From contig JBGQBI010000002.1 in the NCBI GenBank assembly GCA_041494705.1, forward strand, positions 90,001 to 122,000: a stretch of DNA of 32,000 nucleotides, given 5' to 3'. The notes beneath the pieces were generated by a model that was given only the letters and a program-made list of their open reading frames with translations, was not told the origin of the DNA and searched no databases. The position numbers and the translations under genes were made by a program. How positions within the stretch are numbered: position 1 is the stretch's first letter; every line of letters starts with the position of its first letter. Positions 25,247-32,000 of this stretch are shown here, piece after piece. Origin of the DNA: Candidatus Methanoperedens sp. Its GTDB lineage: Archaea > Halobacteriota > Methanosarcinia > Methanosarcinales > Methanoperedenaceae.

Positions 25247-26280
25247 TGAAGATAAATATGGAAGCGCGGAAAGTTTACGTAAGCGGCGGTTCGACCTATG
25301 TAATGTCACTGCCCAAAAAATGGGTTAAGAAGACTAACCTGAAGCCGGGAGACTCACTGGTGGTTACGGAACATGGCAGTTCATTGCTGATTGAGACCAG
25401 TGTTATTGAAAAAGAGTCGCAGGTAAAGGAGATTAAAATCTCACAAATAACATCAAGCGAAGCACTTGAACGTATATTAATTGCTTTTTATCTGGTGGGT
25501 TATGATACAATCAAGATAAAGCTTGACAGGAAGGATCATCTTGCATACCGGGAGAGCATACGGAAGATTCTGGACTATTTGATAGGCGTGGAACTAGTCG
25601 AGGATACCAACGAAGCAATGACGCTTGAGATAATGCTGGATTACAAACGTATGAACACCATACAGATACTCCAGAGAATGTTTTCCATAGACAGGTCGAT
25701 GCTTCTTGATTTAGGCAAAGCTTTGAAAACTACTGATATCGGGCTGGCAAAGGATGTAATCGTGAGGGAGCGGGAAATTGACAGGCTTTATTTTTTGGTG
25801 GTGAGGCAGCTCAAAAGCGCTGTTGAGTACCAGCAGGTAGCTGAAAAGCTCGGGATAGAAAACCAGAGGGATTGTCTTGGATACAGGATTACTGTAAAGG
25901 CTCTCGAGCGGATTGCAGACCATATTGAAAACATAGCAAAGAGCTATATTCAATTATCAGACATCCAGAAAGATATGCCATTGAATGATTTTATAAAACT
26001 CAATAACAGTATAATTGTAATTTTCGAAAAATCGGTAGATGCATTATTTACAAGAAATCATGTATTGGCCGAGAAAATTTTTCAGGAACTAAAGGAAATT
26101 AATGAATTTCATTCTGCTATTTCAAATGAATTACTCCAATCAAAAGATAAAAATATAGAATCCGCTATCCTGCAAAAAACGATGCTTGACAGTTTTGGGA
26201 GAATAGGAAGTTACAGCGGGGATATTGCTGAGATAGCTATTAATATGTCTGCCGGCACCCTGACGTTTGATAAACCATAA
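25246..26280 (+). CDS. AbrB/SpoVT-domain plus PhoU-domain transcriptional regulator (paralog 2)
   Basis: 344 aa from TTG 25246 (MKIN..., compare MKIK... in paralog 1). The alternative start is ATG 25258. RKVYVSGGSTYVMSLPKKWV is the AbrB-like segment. The PhoU repeats are REREIDRLY...LERIADHIENIAK and ...FGRIGSYSGDIAEIA. Confidence 0.85.
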   Translation: MKINMEARKVYVSGGSTYVMSLPKKWVKKTNLKPGDSLVVTEHGSSLLIETSVIEKESQVKEIKISQITSSEALERILIAFYLVGYDTIKIKLDRKDHLAYRESIRKILDYLIGVELVEDTNEAMTLEIMLDYKRMNTIQILQRMFSIDRSMLLDLGKALKTTDIGLAKDVIVREREIDRLYFLVVRQLKSAVEYQQVAEKLGIENQRDCLGYRITVKALERIADHIENIAKSYIQLSDIQKDMPLNDFIKLNNSIIVIFEKSVDALFTRNHVLAEKIFQELKEINEFHSAISNELLQSKDKNIESAILQKTMLDSFGRIGSYSGDIAEIAINMSAGTLTFDKP

Positions 26281-26305
26281 ACGCTATATCGATTGAATAT
26301 TATTT

Positions 26306-26333
26306 AACAAACAAACATGCGGCTGTGGTCCAG
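26306..26333 (+). repeat. Duplicate of the tRNA-Gly upstream region plus its first 15 nt
   Basis: aacaaacaaacatGCGGCTGTGGTCCAG here matches aacaagacaaaccatGCGGCTGTGGTCCAG at 26525-26554. There is no matching 3' acceptor strand (CAGCCGC) before 26540, so this copy is not a tRNA. Confidence 0.8.
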
Positions 26334-26510
26334 AACGGCGAAACCTAACGGTTCTCCAGACCGAAACCCTGCGGGTTCTCGACTCCGCGCCCACGTATTG
26401 CGAAGCAATACGTGTACACGCCCTCCCGATGCGTGACTCGGGGTTCCACGACTCCCATACAACACGCATGGCTGCGCCATGCGTGGATAAGCTTATGGCT
26501 CAATCGGACT
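26334..26510. ncRNA. GC-rich, hairpin-dense segment of unknown function (candidate structured RNA or integration scar)
   Basis: It is markedly more GC-rich than its flanks. It has perfect hairpins cacgtattgc-gaa-gcaatacgtg (26392-26414) and acgcatggc-tgc-gccatgcgt (26464-26484), plus several shorter stems. I did not recognise any RNA family. Confidence 0.25.
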
Positions 26511-26539
26511 AAATACAAAAAATCAACAAGACAAACCAT

Positions 26540-26640
26540 GCGGCTGTGGTCCAGCGGTTATGACAGGGGCTTCCCAACAACCTTTTATTATGAAAGGTGG
26601 GAAATAGCCTCTAACCCGGGTTCGAATCCCGGCAGCCGCA
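26540..26640 (+). tRNA. tRNA-Gly (anticodon CCC) with a 29-nt intron at the canonical 37/38 position
   Basis: Hand-folded. The acceptor stem is GCGGCTG/CAGCCGC with discriminator A. The D arm is GTC(C)...(T)GAC. The anticodon stem is GGGGC/GCCTC with loop TTCCCAA. The T arm is CCGGG-TTCGAAT-CCCGG. The intron acaacc...gggaaat can pair TTCCCA with TGGGAA (bulge-helix-bulge-like). No CCA is encoded. Confidence 0.8.
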
Positions 26641-26785
26641 TAAATGTTAACAGATGCCCCTAATTTAGTAAGAATTGAACTTGTAGCATCTGCATCGAAA
26701 TTTTTTTATAGACAAATTATAGTATATGGAACAATATGGCATATAATCGGCGTTCCTTCAAAAATTATGGAATAAAAGAGGTTGA

Positions 26786-27685
26786 AAAAATCTGATAAAT
26801 GAAATAACGAATAAAAATATTAGAATTTATGAATTTGACATATTAAGAGTTTTAGCTATTCTTTTTATCCTTCTCTTTCATATCCAAAGTGTTGCAAAAA
26901 TTGAATATATTGATCATTCAACATTCGGACCATTTGGAGTTTGGGGGGTACTAATATTTTTCTTTTTATTTGGTTTTTTCTTGTACAAATATCCATGTAA
27001 TAATTTTTCATTATTTAAAACATTCTTAAAGAGTAAATTTATTCGGCTAATTCCTCTGTATTGGTTTGCACTTGTTGTCAATTATATCATTTTCATAATT
27101 CTACGATGGGATATTTCGTATCCTGATGTAAGTGTTCCTAAGACAAGAGTTAAAATTATTTTTCAAATTTTCACTATGCAATCTCTGACCAGCATTGAAA
27201 CCTTTTATGCAATGTGGTTTGTGGCAGCTCTCGTCCTTTTTATTTTACTTTATGGAATTATTGCATATTTAACAAAAGACAGATTAATATTAATTATATT
27301 ATCATTATTATTGTATATTCCATTAGATATTCTAACAACACGAAACGTTTTAATACCAAGTATTTTGTTCTATTATCCTATATTTATTGCTGGAATTTTT
27401 GCTGGACGTTTTTACTTGAGTAGTAAAGAAATAAAACCTATAATAAAAGGGCTTCCTAGGTGGGTCAAATATTGTTCTTATTCTTCATACGCTGTCTATC
27501 TTTTTCATTTTTCAGTATATGTTGTCTTAAATGTGTTTTTTACTTATTTTGGCGTATCAAATGATATTTTGCTTATCTTATTGGGGATTCCGTTAAGTTT
27601 TACTATCGGATATTTAGCTCAAAAGGTATACGACAATAGTGTGGGAAAATGGTTAAATCTGTATCTAAGCCGTGGGGCTAATTAA
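26786..27685 (+). CDS. Acyltransferase family 3-like integral membrane protein, with no canonical in-frame start (possible pseudogene or unusual start)
   Basis: The ORF track starts at TTG 26981. The same frame is open back to 26786 and encodes KNLINEITNKNIRIYEFDILRVLAILFILLFHIQS..., a typical acyltransferase_3 N-terminus. There is no ATG/GTG/TTG in frame between 26786 and 26980. The region is very AT-rich. Confidence 0.55.
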   Translation, partial: KNLINEITNKNIRIYEFDILRVLAILFILLFHIQSVAKIEYIDHSTFGPFGVWGVLIFFFLFGFFLYKYPCNNFSLFKTFLKSKFIRLIPLYWFALVVNYIIFIILRWDISYPDVSVPKTRVKIIFQIFTMQSLTSIETFYAMWFVAALVLFILLYGIIAYLTKDRLILIILSLLLYIPLDILTTRNVLIPSILFYYPIFIAGIFAGRFYLSSKEIKPIIKGLPRWVKYCSYSSYAVYLFHFSVYVVLNVFFTYFGVSNDILLILLGIPLSFTIGYLAQKVYDNSVGKWLNLYLSRGAN

Positions 27686-27921
27686 TGAGAGGAATGGTTT
27701 TCCTCTTTGCATATTCTTAGCTCCTCGTTCTCGCCATATTCCAGCACAACTGCTCTACCGAAAATTAAATGTTTCAAACAATATTTATAAAAATGAATTG
27801 GCCTTATTAAACTATGAATGAGTTCAATGAAAAAAAATATTACAAGGAAAGAAAAGGATATTAATTTATTCTCCGCATAAATGTTAATAAAACCAACAGA
27901 TTTAATAACTATCTCGGGCAT
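27682..27921 (-). CDS. Hypothetical 79-aa protein
   Basis: ORF-track entry in AT-rich DNA, where long chance ORFs are less likely. No family recognised. Confidence 0.2.
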   Translation of the reverse strand: MPEIVIKSVGFINIYAENKLISFSFLVIFFFIELIHSLIRPIHFYKYCLKHLIFGRAVVLEYGENEELRICKEENHSSH

Positions 27922-27960
27922 TTTACATCAATTTTGATGGTTTGAATTAAAGGGATTATA

Positions 27961-29217
27961 ATGAAAGATTACATAATAAAAGACATAAACCTTGCTGACG
28001 AGGGAAAGCAGAGAATCGAATGGGCGCGAAGGCATATGCCCGTGCTCCAAAAGATAAAAGAGCAGTTCGAAAAGGAAAAACCGCTAAAAGGCGTAAATGT
28101 GGTAGCATGTCTTCATGTGACCGTTGAAACCGCCAATCTCATATATACGATGAAAGCAGGAGGCGCAAATATCGCGCTTGCAGCTTCAAATCCATTGAGC
28201 ACGCAGGATGACGTCGCGGCTGCGCTTGCTTCGGAAGGGATAAAAACCTTTGCGATAAAAGGAGAAAATGAGAAGCAGTATTACGAATGCCTTGAAGAGG
28301 CGCTCAAGATAAAGCCGCATGTCACCCTTGACGACGGCGCAGACACAATAGCGCTTGTCCATTCAAAACATAAGGAACTTATTAAAAACATAAAAGGCGG
28401 ATGCGAGGAGACAACGACGGGGGTAATCAGGCTGAGGGCGATGGCGGCAGAAGGTGCGCTGAAATATCCGGTTATTGCAGTAAACGATGCCGAGACCAAG
28501 ATGATGTTCGATAACCGCTATGGCACAGGGCAGAGCACCATACACGGGATAATGAATGCAACAAACATCCTTTTCGCAGGAAAAACAGTAGTGGTAGCTG
28601 GCTACGGCTGGTGCGGCAGGGGAGTGGCTTCGCGGACGCGGGGGCTTGGCGGCAATGTCGTCGTTGTGGAAGTTGAGCCGAGAAAAGCCCTCGAAGCAGT
28701 CATGGACGGTTTCAGGGTCATGCCCATGAAGGAAGCTGCAAAGGTTGGGGACCTTTTCATAACAGTTACTGGAGACATCTCAGCCATAAGGAAAGAGCAT
28801 TTCCAGGTCATGAAAGACCAGGCTATAGTGTGCAATTCAGGTCACTTCAACGTGGAAATAGATATACCGGCACTGACAAAGATGTCAAAGAAAGTCAACC
28901 AGATAAAGAATGACGTGCAGGAGTATCTGTTAAAAGACGGCAGAAGAATATACCTGCTTGCCGAAGGGAGGCTTGTGAATCTTGCAAGCGCATTCGGTCA
29001 TCCGCCCGAGGTCATGGACATGAGCTTTGCAAACCAGGCGCTTGCCGTAAAATACATTGCTGAAAAAGGTAAGACCCTTGAAGACCAGGTTTACAGGGTT
29101 CCTGCCGAAATCGATAACAGAGTAGCCAGACTCAAGCTTGAGGCTATGGGCATCGAGATAGAAACCCTGACCAAAGAGCAGGATAAATACCTCCATTCAT
29201 GGACAATGGGTACATAA
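27961..29217 (+). CDS. ahcY: Adenosylhomocysteinase (archaeal short type; S-adenosyl/S-inosyl-L-homocysteine hydrolase)
   Basis: 418 aa. [15 protein letters not shown] at the N-terminus, [17 protein letters not shown] and the NAD-binding [10 protein letters not shown]. Classic AhcY pattern. Confidence 0.93.
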   Translation: MKDYIIKDINLADEGKQRIEWARRHMPVLQKIKEQFEKEKPLKGVNVVACLHVTVETANLIYTMKAGGANIALAASNPLSTQDDVAAALASEGIKTFAIKGENEKQYYECLEEALKIKPHVTLDDGADTIALVHSKHKELIKNIKGGCEETTTGVIRLRAMAAEGALKYPVIAVNDAETKMMFDNRYGTGQSTIHGIMNATNILFAGKTVVVAGYGWCGRGVASRTRGLGGNVVVVEVEPRKALEAVMDGFRVMPMKEAAKVGDLFITVTGDISAIRKEHFQVMKDQAIVCNSGHFNVEIDIPALTKMSKKVNQIKNDVQEYLLKDGRRIYLLAEGRLVNLASAFGHPPEVMDMSFANQALAVKYIAEKGKTLEDQVYRVPAEIDNRVARLKLEAMGIEIETLTKEQDKYLHSWTMGT

Positions 29218-29218
29218 G

Positions 29219-30310
29219 ATGCAGTTGCGAATAAAAGCTGTTGAAAATTATCTTAAAGGATTATTTGGCAGCGCCAGGGTTACAGCCATCAGCGAGCTTG
29301 GCGGGATTCCGGTCGAGGTCGAGGAAGGTATAAAAGGATTCGGTTACGGGAAGCCTTATCTTATAGAGTTTGAATCAAACGGGAAAATGCAATCCGTCGT
29401 GCTTTCCTCAATGCGGGTGCAGAAGGGTTTCGGGCATGACCATTTTTCTGACAGGGCGGGGATTCTCATCTGGCAGAACTCGGTTTTCAATAACCTTCCA
29501 AAACACGTAAAATCCCTGGATGTTGGCTTTTTCACGCACGAGGGAGAGCTTTCCTCGGCTGGGAAGGCAGAAGAATATTTCATTTTGATGGAAAAAATCG
29601 AAGGAAAAGAATATTTTCTTGACCTTGAGAGGATAAAAAAGGAAGGGAAACTCATACCGCTTGATAAGGAAAGAACAAAAGCCTTATCCACATATCTTTC
29701 GCAAATCCATGCAAGTAAATACGATGACCGTGAACTTTACATCCGCAAAATCAGGGATAATGTAGGGCACGGTGAATGCATCATGGGATTGCTGGACAGC
29801 TATCCCGATAACCTGGATTTTGTGAGCCAGAACGACCTTTGCGACATCGAGAAGAAATGCGTAAAATGGCGCTATAAAATAAAAGGAAAGACGCACCGCC
29901 TTTGCATGACGCATGGCGATTTTCACCCATGGAATATCATGTTCCGTGAAGGTAGCGATTTCACGGTGCTTGACCGAAGCCGCGGAGAATGGGGAGAAGC
30001 GGCAGACGATGTCTCATCTATAACGATGAACTATCTATTCTATTCCCTCCAGAAATACGGGAAACTTGCAGGACCGTTCCAGGAGTTATATGAACTTTTT
30101 TTCAGTAACTACCTTGAAAAAACGCAGGATTTTGAATTATTGCGGGTTATCCAGCCGTTCTATGTATTCCGAAGCGTTGTAGTGGCAAGCCCGATATGGT
30201 ATCCCAACCTTGACCCGGAAGTCCGAACTAAAATTTTTAACTTCATCCGTAATATACTTGAGAGTGAAGAGTTTGATTACAAAAATGTGAACTCGTATTT
30301 GCAGGAATAA
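29219..30310 (+). CDS. Phosphotransferase of the APH/choline-kinase-like family
   Basis: 363 aa. The catalytic-loop pattern is LCMTHGDFHPWNIMF, followed by VLDRSRGEWGEAADD (H-x-D-x4-N ... D). It starts 1 nt after the ahcY stop. Confidence 0.65.
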   Translation: MQLRIKAVENYLKGLFGSARVTAISELGGIPVEVEEGIKGFGYGKPYLIEFESNGKMQSVVLSSMRVQKGFGHDHFSDRAGILIWQNSVFNNLPKHVKSLDVGFFTHEGELSSAGKAEEYFILMEKIEGKEYFLDLERIKKEGKLIPLDKERTKALSTYLSQIHASKYDDRELYIRKIRDNVGHGECIMGLLDSYPDNLDFVSQNDLCDIEKKCVKWRYKIKGKTHRLCMTHGDFHPWNIMFREGSDFTVLDRSRGEWGEAADDVSSITMNYLFYSLQKYGKLAGPFQELYELFFSNYLEKTQDFELLRVIQPFYVFRSVVVASPIWYPNLDPEVRTKIFNFIRNILESEEFDYKNVNSYLQE

Positions 30311-30315
30311 ATAAA

Positions 30316-30867
30316 ATGGCTTTTGCTGTATGGTTCACCGGTCTTCCCGGAAGCGGGAAAACAGCGATTGCGTCCCGTACTGCTGATATCCTCAAAACAA
30401 AAGGCATTGAAATTAAAATACTCCAGCTTGATGAAATTCGCCGGGTCCTTACCCCTTATCCGAAATATACGGATGAAGAGCGGGATATTGTGTATGCTTC
30501 CCTTGCCTATATGGCAAAACTCCTGACCGAATGCGGAATCAATGTTTTTATAGACGCCACGGCAAACAGGAGTAAATACCGTGATGCAGCCCGCAAAATA
30601 ATCCCCCAATTTGCCGAGGTGTTCATCCGGTGCCCGCTTTCGGTTTGTATGGAACGGGAGGCGCACAGGAAAGCGGTTTACTCACCAACGGGCATCTATA
30701 AAAAATCGGCACAAACTGGCGCCACCGTCCCGGGTGTGAATATCCCTTATGAAGAGCCCATGAACCCTCTTGTCATAATAGACAGCGACAAAATGAAACC
30801 AGATGAGAGCGCAAGAAAAGTGGCGGATGCCATTATCAATTTTTCCGGAGCTGTGCATGGAAATTGA
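30316..30867 (+). CDS. cysC: Adenylylsulfate (APS) kinase-like P-loop kinase
   Basis: 183 aa. VWFTGLPGSGKTAIA P-loop, LQLDEIRR (compare LDGDNxR) and PYEEP near the C-terminus, as in APS kinases. Somewhat divergent. Confidence 0.75.
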   Translation: MAFAVWFTGLPGSGKTAIASRTADILKTKGIEIKILQLDEIRRVLTPYPKYTDEERDIVYASLAYMAKLLTECGINVFIDATANRSKYRDAARKIIPQFAEVFIRCPLSVCMEREAHRKAVYSPTGIYKKSAQTGATVPGVNIPYEEPMNPLVIIDSDKMKPDESARKVADAIINFSGAVHGN

Positions 30868-31657
30868 AACGTTAATTGAAATAGGAATTGAAATCCGGGA
30901 AATAATCGGCTCGTTCGTCAGGGATAACGCGGATTACGGGGATATGGTTGCCCGGCGCCCAAAGGATATCACGCGCAAAATGGACATGGCTGCTGAAAAT
31001 GCGCTTGATAATGCGCTTTTAACGCGCGGGCTTTCGGCAAGAATAATATCAGAGGAGCTTGGAGACCGCATCGTGGGTAAACGACCCGATTTCATGCTGG
31101 TTTTTGACCCCATTGACGGTTCTACCAATGCCACATGCGGCATCCCTTTTTTTTGCACATCGCTTGCTTATTCTGGAAAAACAGATATGGCTACGTTTGA
31201 CGATATCAGCATGGCTGTTATCTGCGATATCAGTGGAAATACATACTGCGCCGAAAGAGGAAAGGGCGCTTTTTTAAACGGCAAGCCGATTGGCGCAAAA
31301 TTGCGCGGCGCCATGCCAAAACCCGTAATATCAGTGTATTCATACGGCGTGCCCGAGGTCCCGAAGGGACTGATAGAACTTGAAAAATCAATAATTGTCA
31401 GGGCGCTTGGCAGTATTGCGCTTGATATGTGTTTTGTGGCTGACGGGACGCTTGACGGGATTATTGATACGCGGGGACTTGTAAGCGGTTATGATATAAT
31501 GGCATCTGCTCTGGTATTGAAAGAGGCGGGGGGGTTCCTGACGGGTCTTCATGGAAAAACCATATCCGGCGATGTCCAGGCTACGGGGTTATCTATAATC
31601 GGGACAAAGGATAAGGAACTTCACGATAAAATCGTAAGAACATTGGGACAAGGATGA
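30857..31657 (+). CDS. Inositol monophosphatase/FBPase/CysQ-family phosphatase
   Basis: I prefer ATG 30857 (11-nt overlap with the upstream gene) over the ORF-track start 30803. Family motifs: ISEE...VFDPIDGSTN, and later GSIALDMC...GYDIMASALVLKEAGG. Confidence 0.8.
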   Translation: MEIETLIEIGIEIREIIGSFVRDNADYGDMVARRPKDITRKMDMAAENALDNALLTRGLSARIISEELGDRIVGKRPDFMLVFDPIDGSTNATCGIPFFCTSLAYSGKTDMATFDDISMAVICDISGNTYCAERGKGAFLNGKPIGAKLRGAMPKPVISVYSYGVPEVPKGLIELEKSIIVRALGSIALDMCFVADGTLDGIIDTRGLVSGYDIMASALVLKEAGGFLTGLHGKTISGDVQATGLSIIGTKDKELHDKIVRTLGQG

Positions 31658-31731
31658 CAGATAGGGAATTCCGGTACATCTATTTTAAAACTTAGCAAAA
31701 AAGGCTTCCGCAAGGGATAATTAATTTTAAT

Positions 31732-31763
31732 AAAAAAAAAGCTGGACAGCTTTGGGCTGTCCA
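31732..31763 (-). terminator. Hairpin plus T9 terminator downstream of the cytochrome gene
   Basis: The minus strand reads TGGACAGC-CCAAA-GCTGTCCA (31763-31743), then GC and nine T (31740-31732). It begins 12 nt after the stop at 31775-31777. Confidence 0.7.
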
Positions 31764-31774
31764 ATATTTGTTAC

Positions 31775-32000
31775 TTATCCGCCTCCAGATGTGTAACTTG
31801 TGTTTGTTTGGTTAGTTACGCCTGTGAAGTTCACAACCCATCCGGCATTGCTTACATTCGCATTCATCGTGTATCCAGTTGCCCTGTTCCATGTGATGTT
31901 AACTACCGCATGGGTATGGCAGCCGATGCATGCCGTGTTGGTACCTTTCAGTTGGACAACAGTCTGGTTGCCGCTTGTTGCATACCACAGTGGTGTCTCC
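31775..32000 (-). CDS. C-terminal 74 codons of a c-type cytochrome-like secreted protein (5' end off the window)
   Basis: My translation is ETPLWYATSGNQTVVQLKGTNTACIGCHTHAVVNITWNRATGYTMNANVSNAGWVVNFTGVTNQTNTSYTSGGG*. It has one CxxCH haem-binding motif (CIGCH) and several N-x-S/T sequons. Confidence 0.55.
   Translation of the reverse strand, partial: ETPLWYATSGNQTVVQLKGTNTACIGCHTHAVVNITWNRATGYTMNANVSNAGWVVNFTGVTNQTNTSYTSGGG

Noticed and set aside
26319-26500. A second tRNA gene (possibly with large or non-canonical introns) starting at the duplicated GCGGCTGTGGTCCAG
   Set aside because: There is no complementary 3' acceptor strand (CAGCCGC), no convincing T arm (only a weak GGGG-TTCCACGA-CTCCC) and no anticodon arm.
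26284-26663. ORF-track entries 26284-26469, 26345-26539 and 26412-26663
   Set aside because: They overlap the tRNA gene and the GC-rich hairpin segment. GC-rich structured DNA lacks stop codons in several frames, and the translations are Arg/Cys/Trp-rich with no family resemblance.
28281-31277. Off-frame and antisense ORFs within ahcY, the kinase genes and the IMPase-like gene. Examples are 28281-28499, 28602-28835, 28930-29196, 29356-29691, 30277-30666 and 30934-31158.
   Set aside because: They are nested in well-supported plus-strand genes and have no motifs.

Overview
Archaeal chromosomal window. The evidence is pilin-type (class III) signal peptides, FlaI/FlaJ-type secretion genes, AbrB-PhoU regulators and a tRNA with a canonical 37/38 intron. 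A CxxCH cytochrome fragment at the right edge suggests a Methanosarcinales/ANME-like organism, but that is inference only.

Left edge (minus strand): kdpB (partial), kdpA and a complete pstS-pstC-pstA-pstB-phoU operon.

Middle (about 7.1-26.3 kb): an accessory phosphate island. It holds a TIM-barrel isomerase, a psiE-like gene preceded by three micro-ORFs, a glycosyltransferase, a PHP phosphoesterase, arsC and an A24 prepilin peptidase. It also holds two PstS-family binding proteins carrying pilin-type signal peptides, a heavily sequon-rich secreted protein and two AbrB-PhoU regulators. The island is completed by a FlaI-like ATPase operon with a split FlaJ/TadBC-like platform, an ExeA-like AAA ATPase and a pilin-like PKD protein.

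The main candidate for a novel system is a phosphate-regulon-embedded, type IV pilus-like 'bindosome' module whose apparent substrates are PstS-like proteins. The island genes share a recurring promoter-proximal motif: five copies of a 38-41 nt element, plus an ATCTATATA core upstream of most transcription units. The motif is absent from the housekeeping right end.

Other oddities:
- A 240-bp tandem repeat with conserved hairpins upstream of one pilin-PstS gene.
- A 28-bp CACAGAG-type hairpin.
- A duplicated tRNA 5' fragment flanking a GC-rich hairpin-dense segment.
- An AT-rich islet with an acyltransferase gene lacking a canonical in-frame start.

Right end: tRNA-Gly(CCC), ahcY, an APH-like kinase, an APS-kinase-like gene, an IMPase-family gene and the 3' end of a c-type cytochrome gene.

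All family assignments are by-eye motif recognition. No database search was possible.
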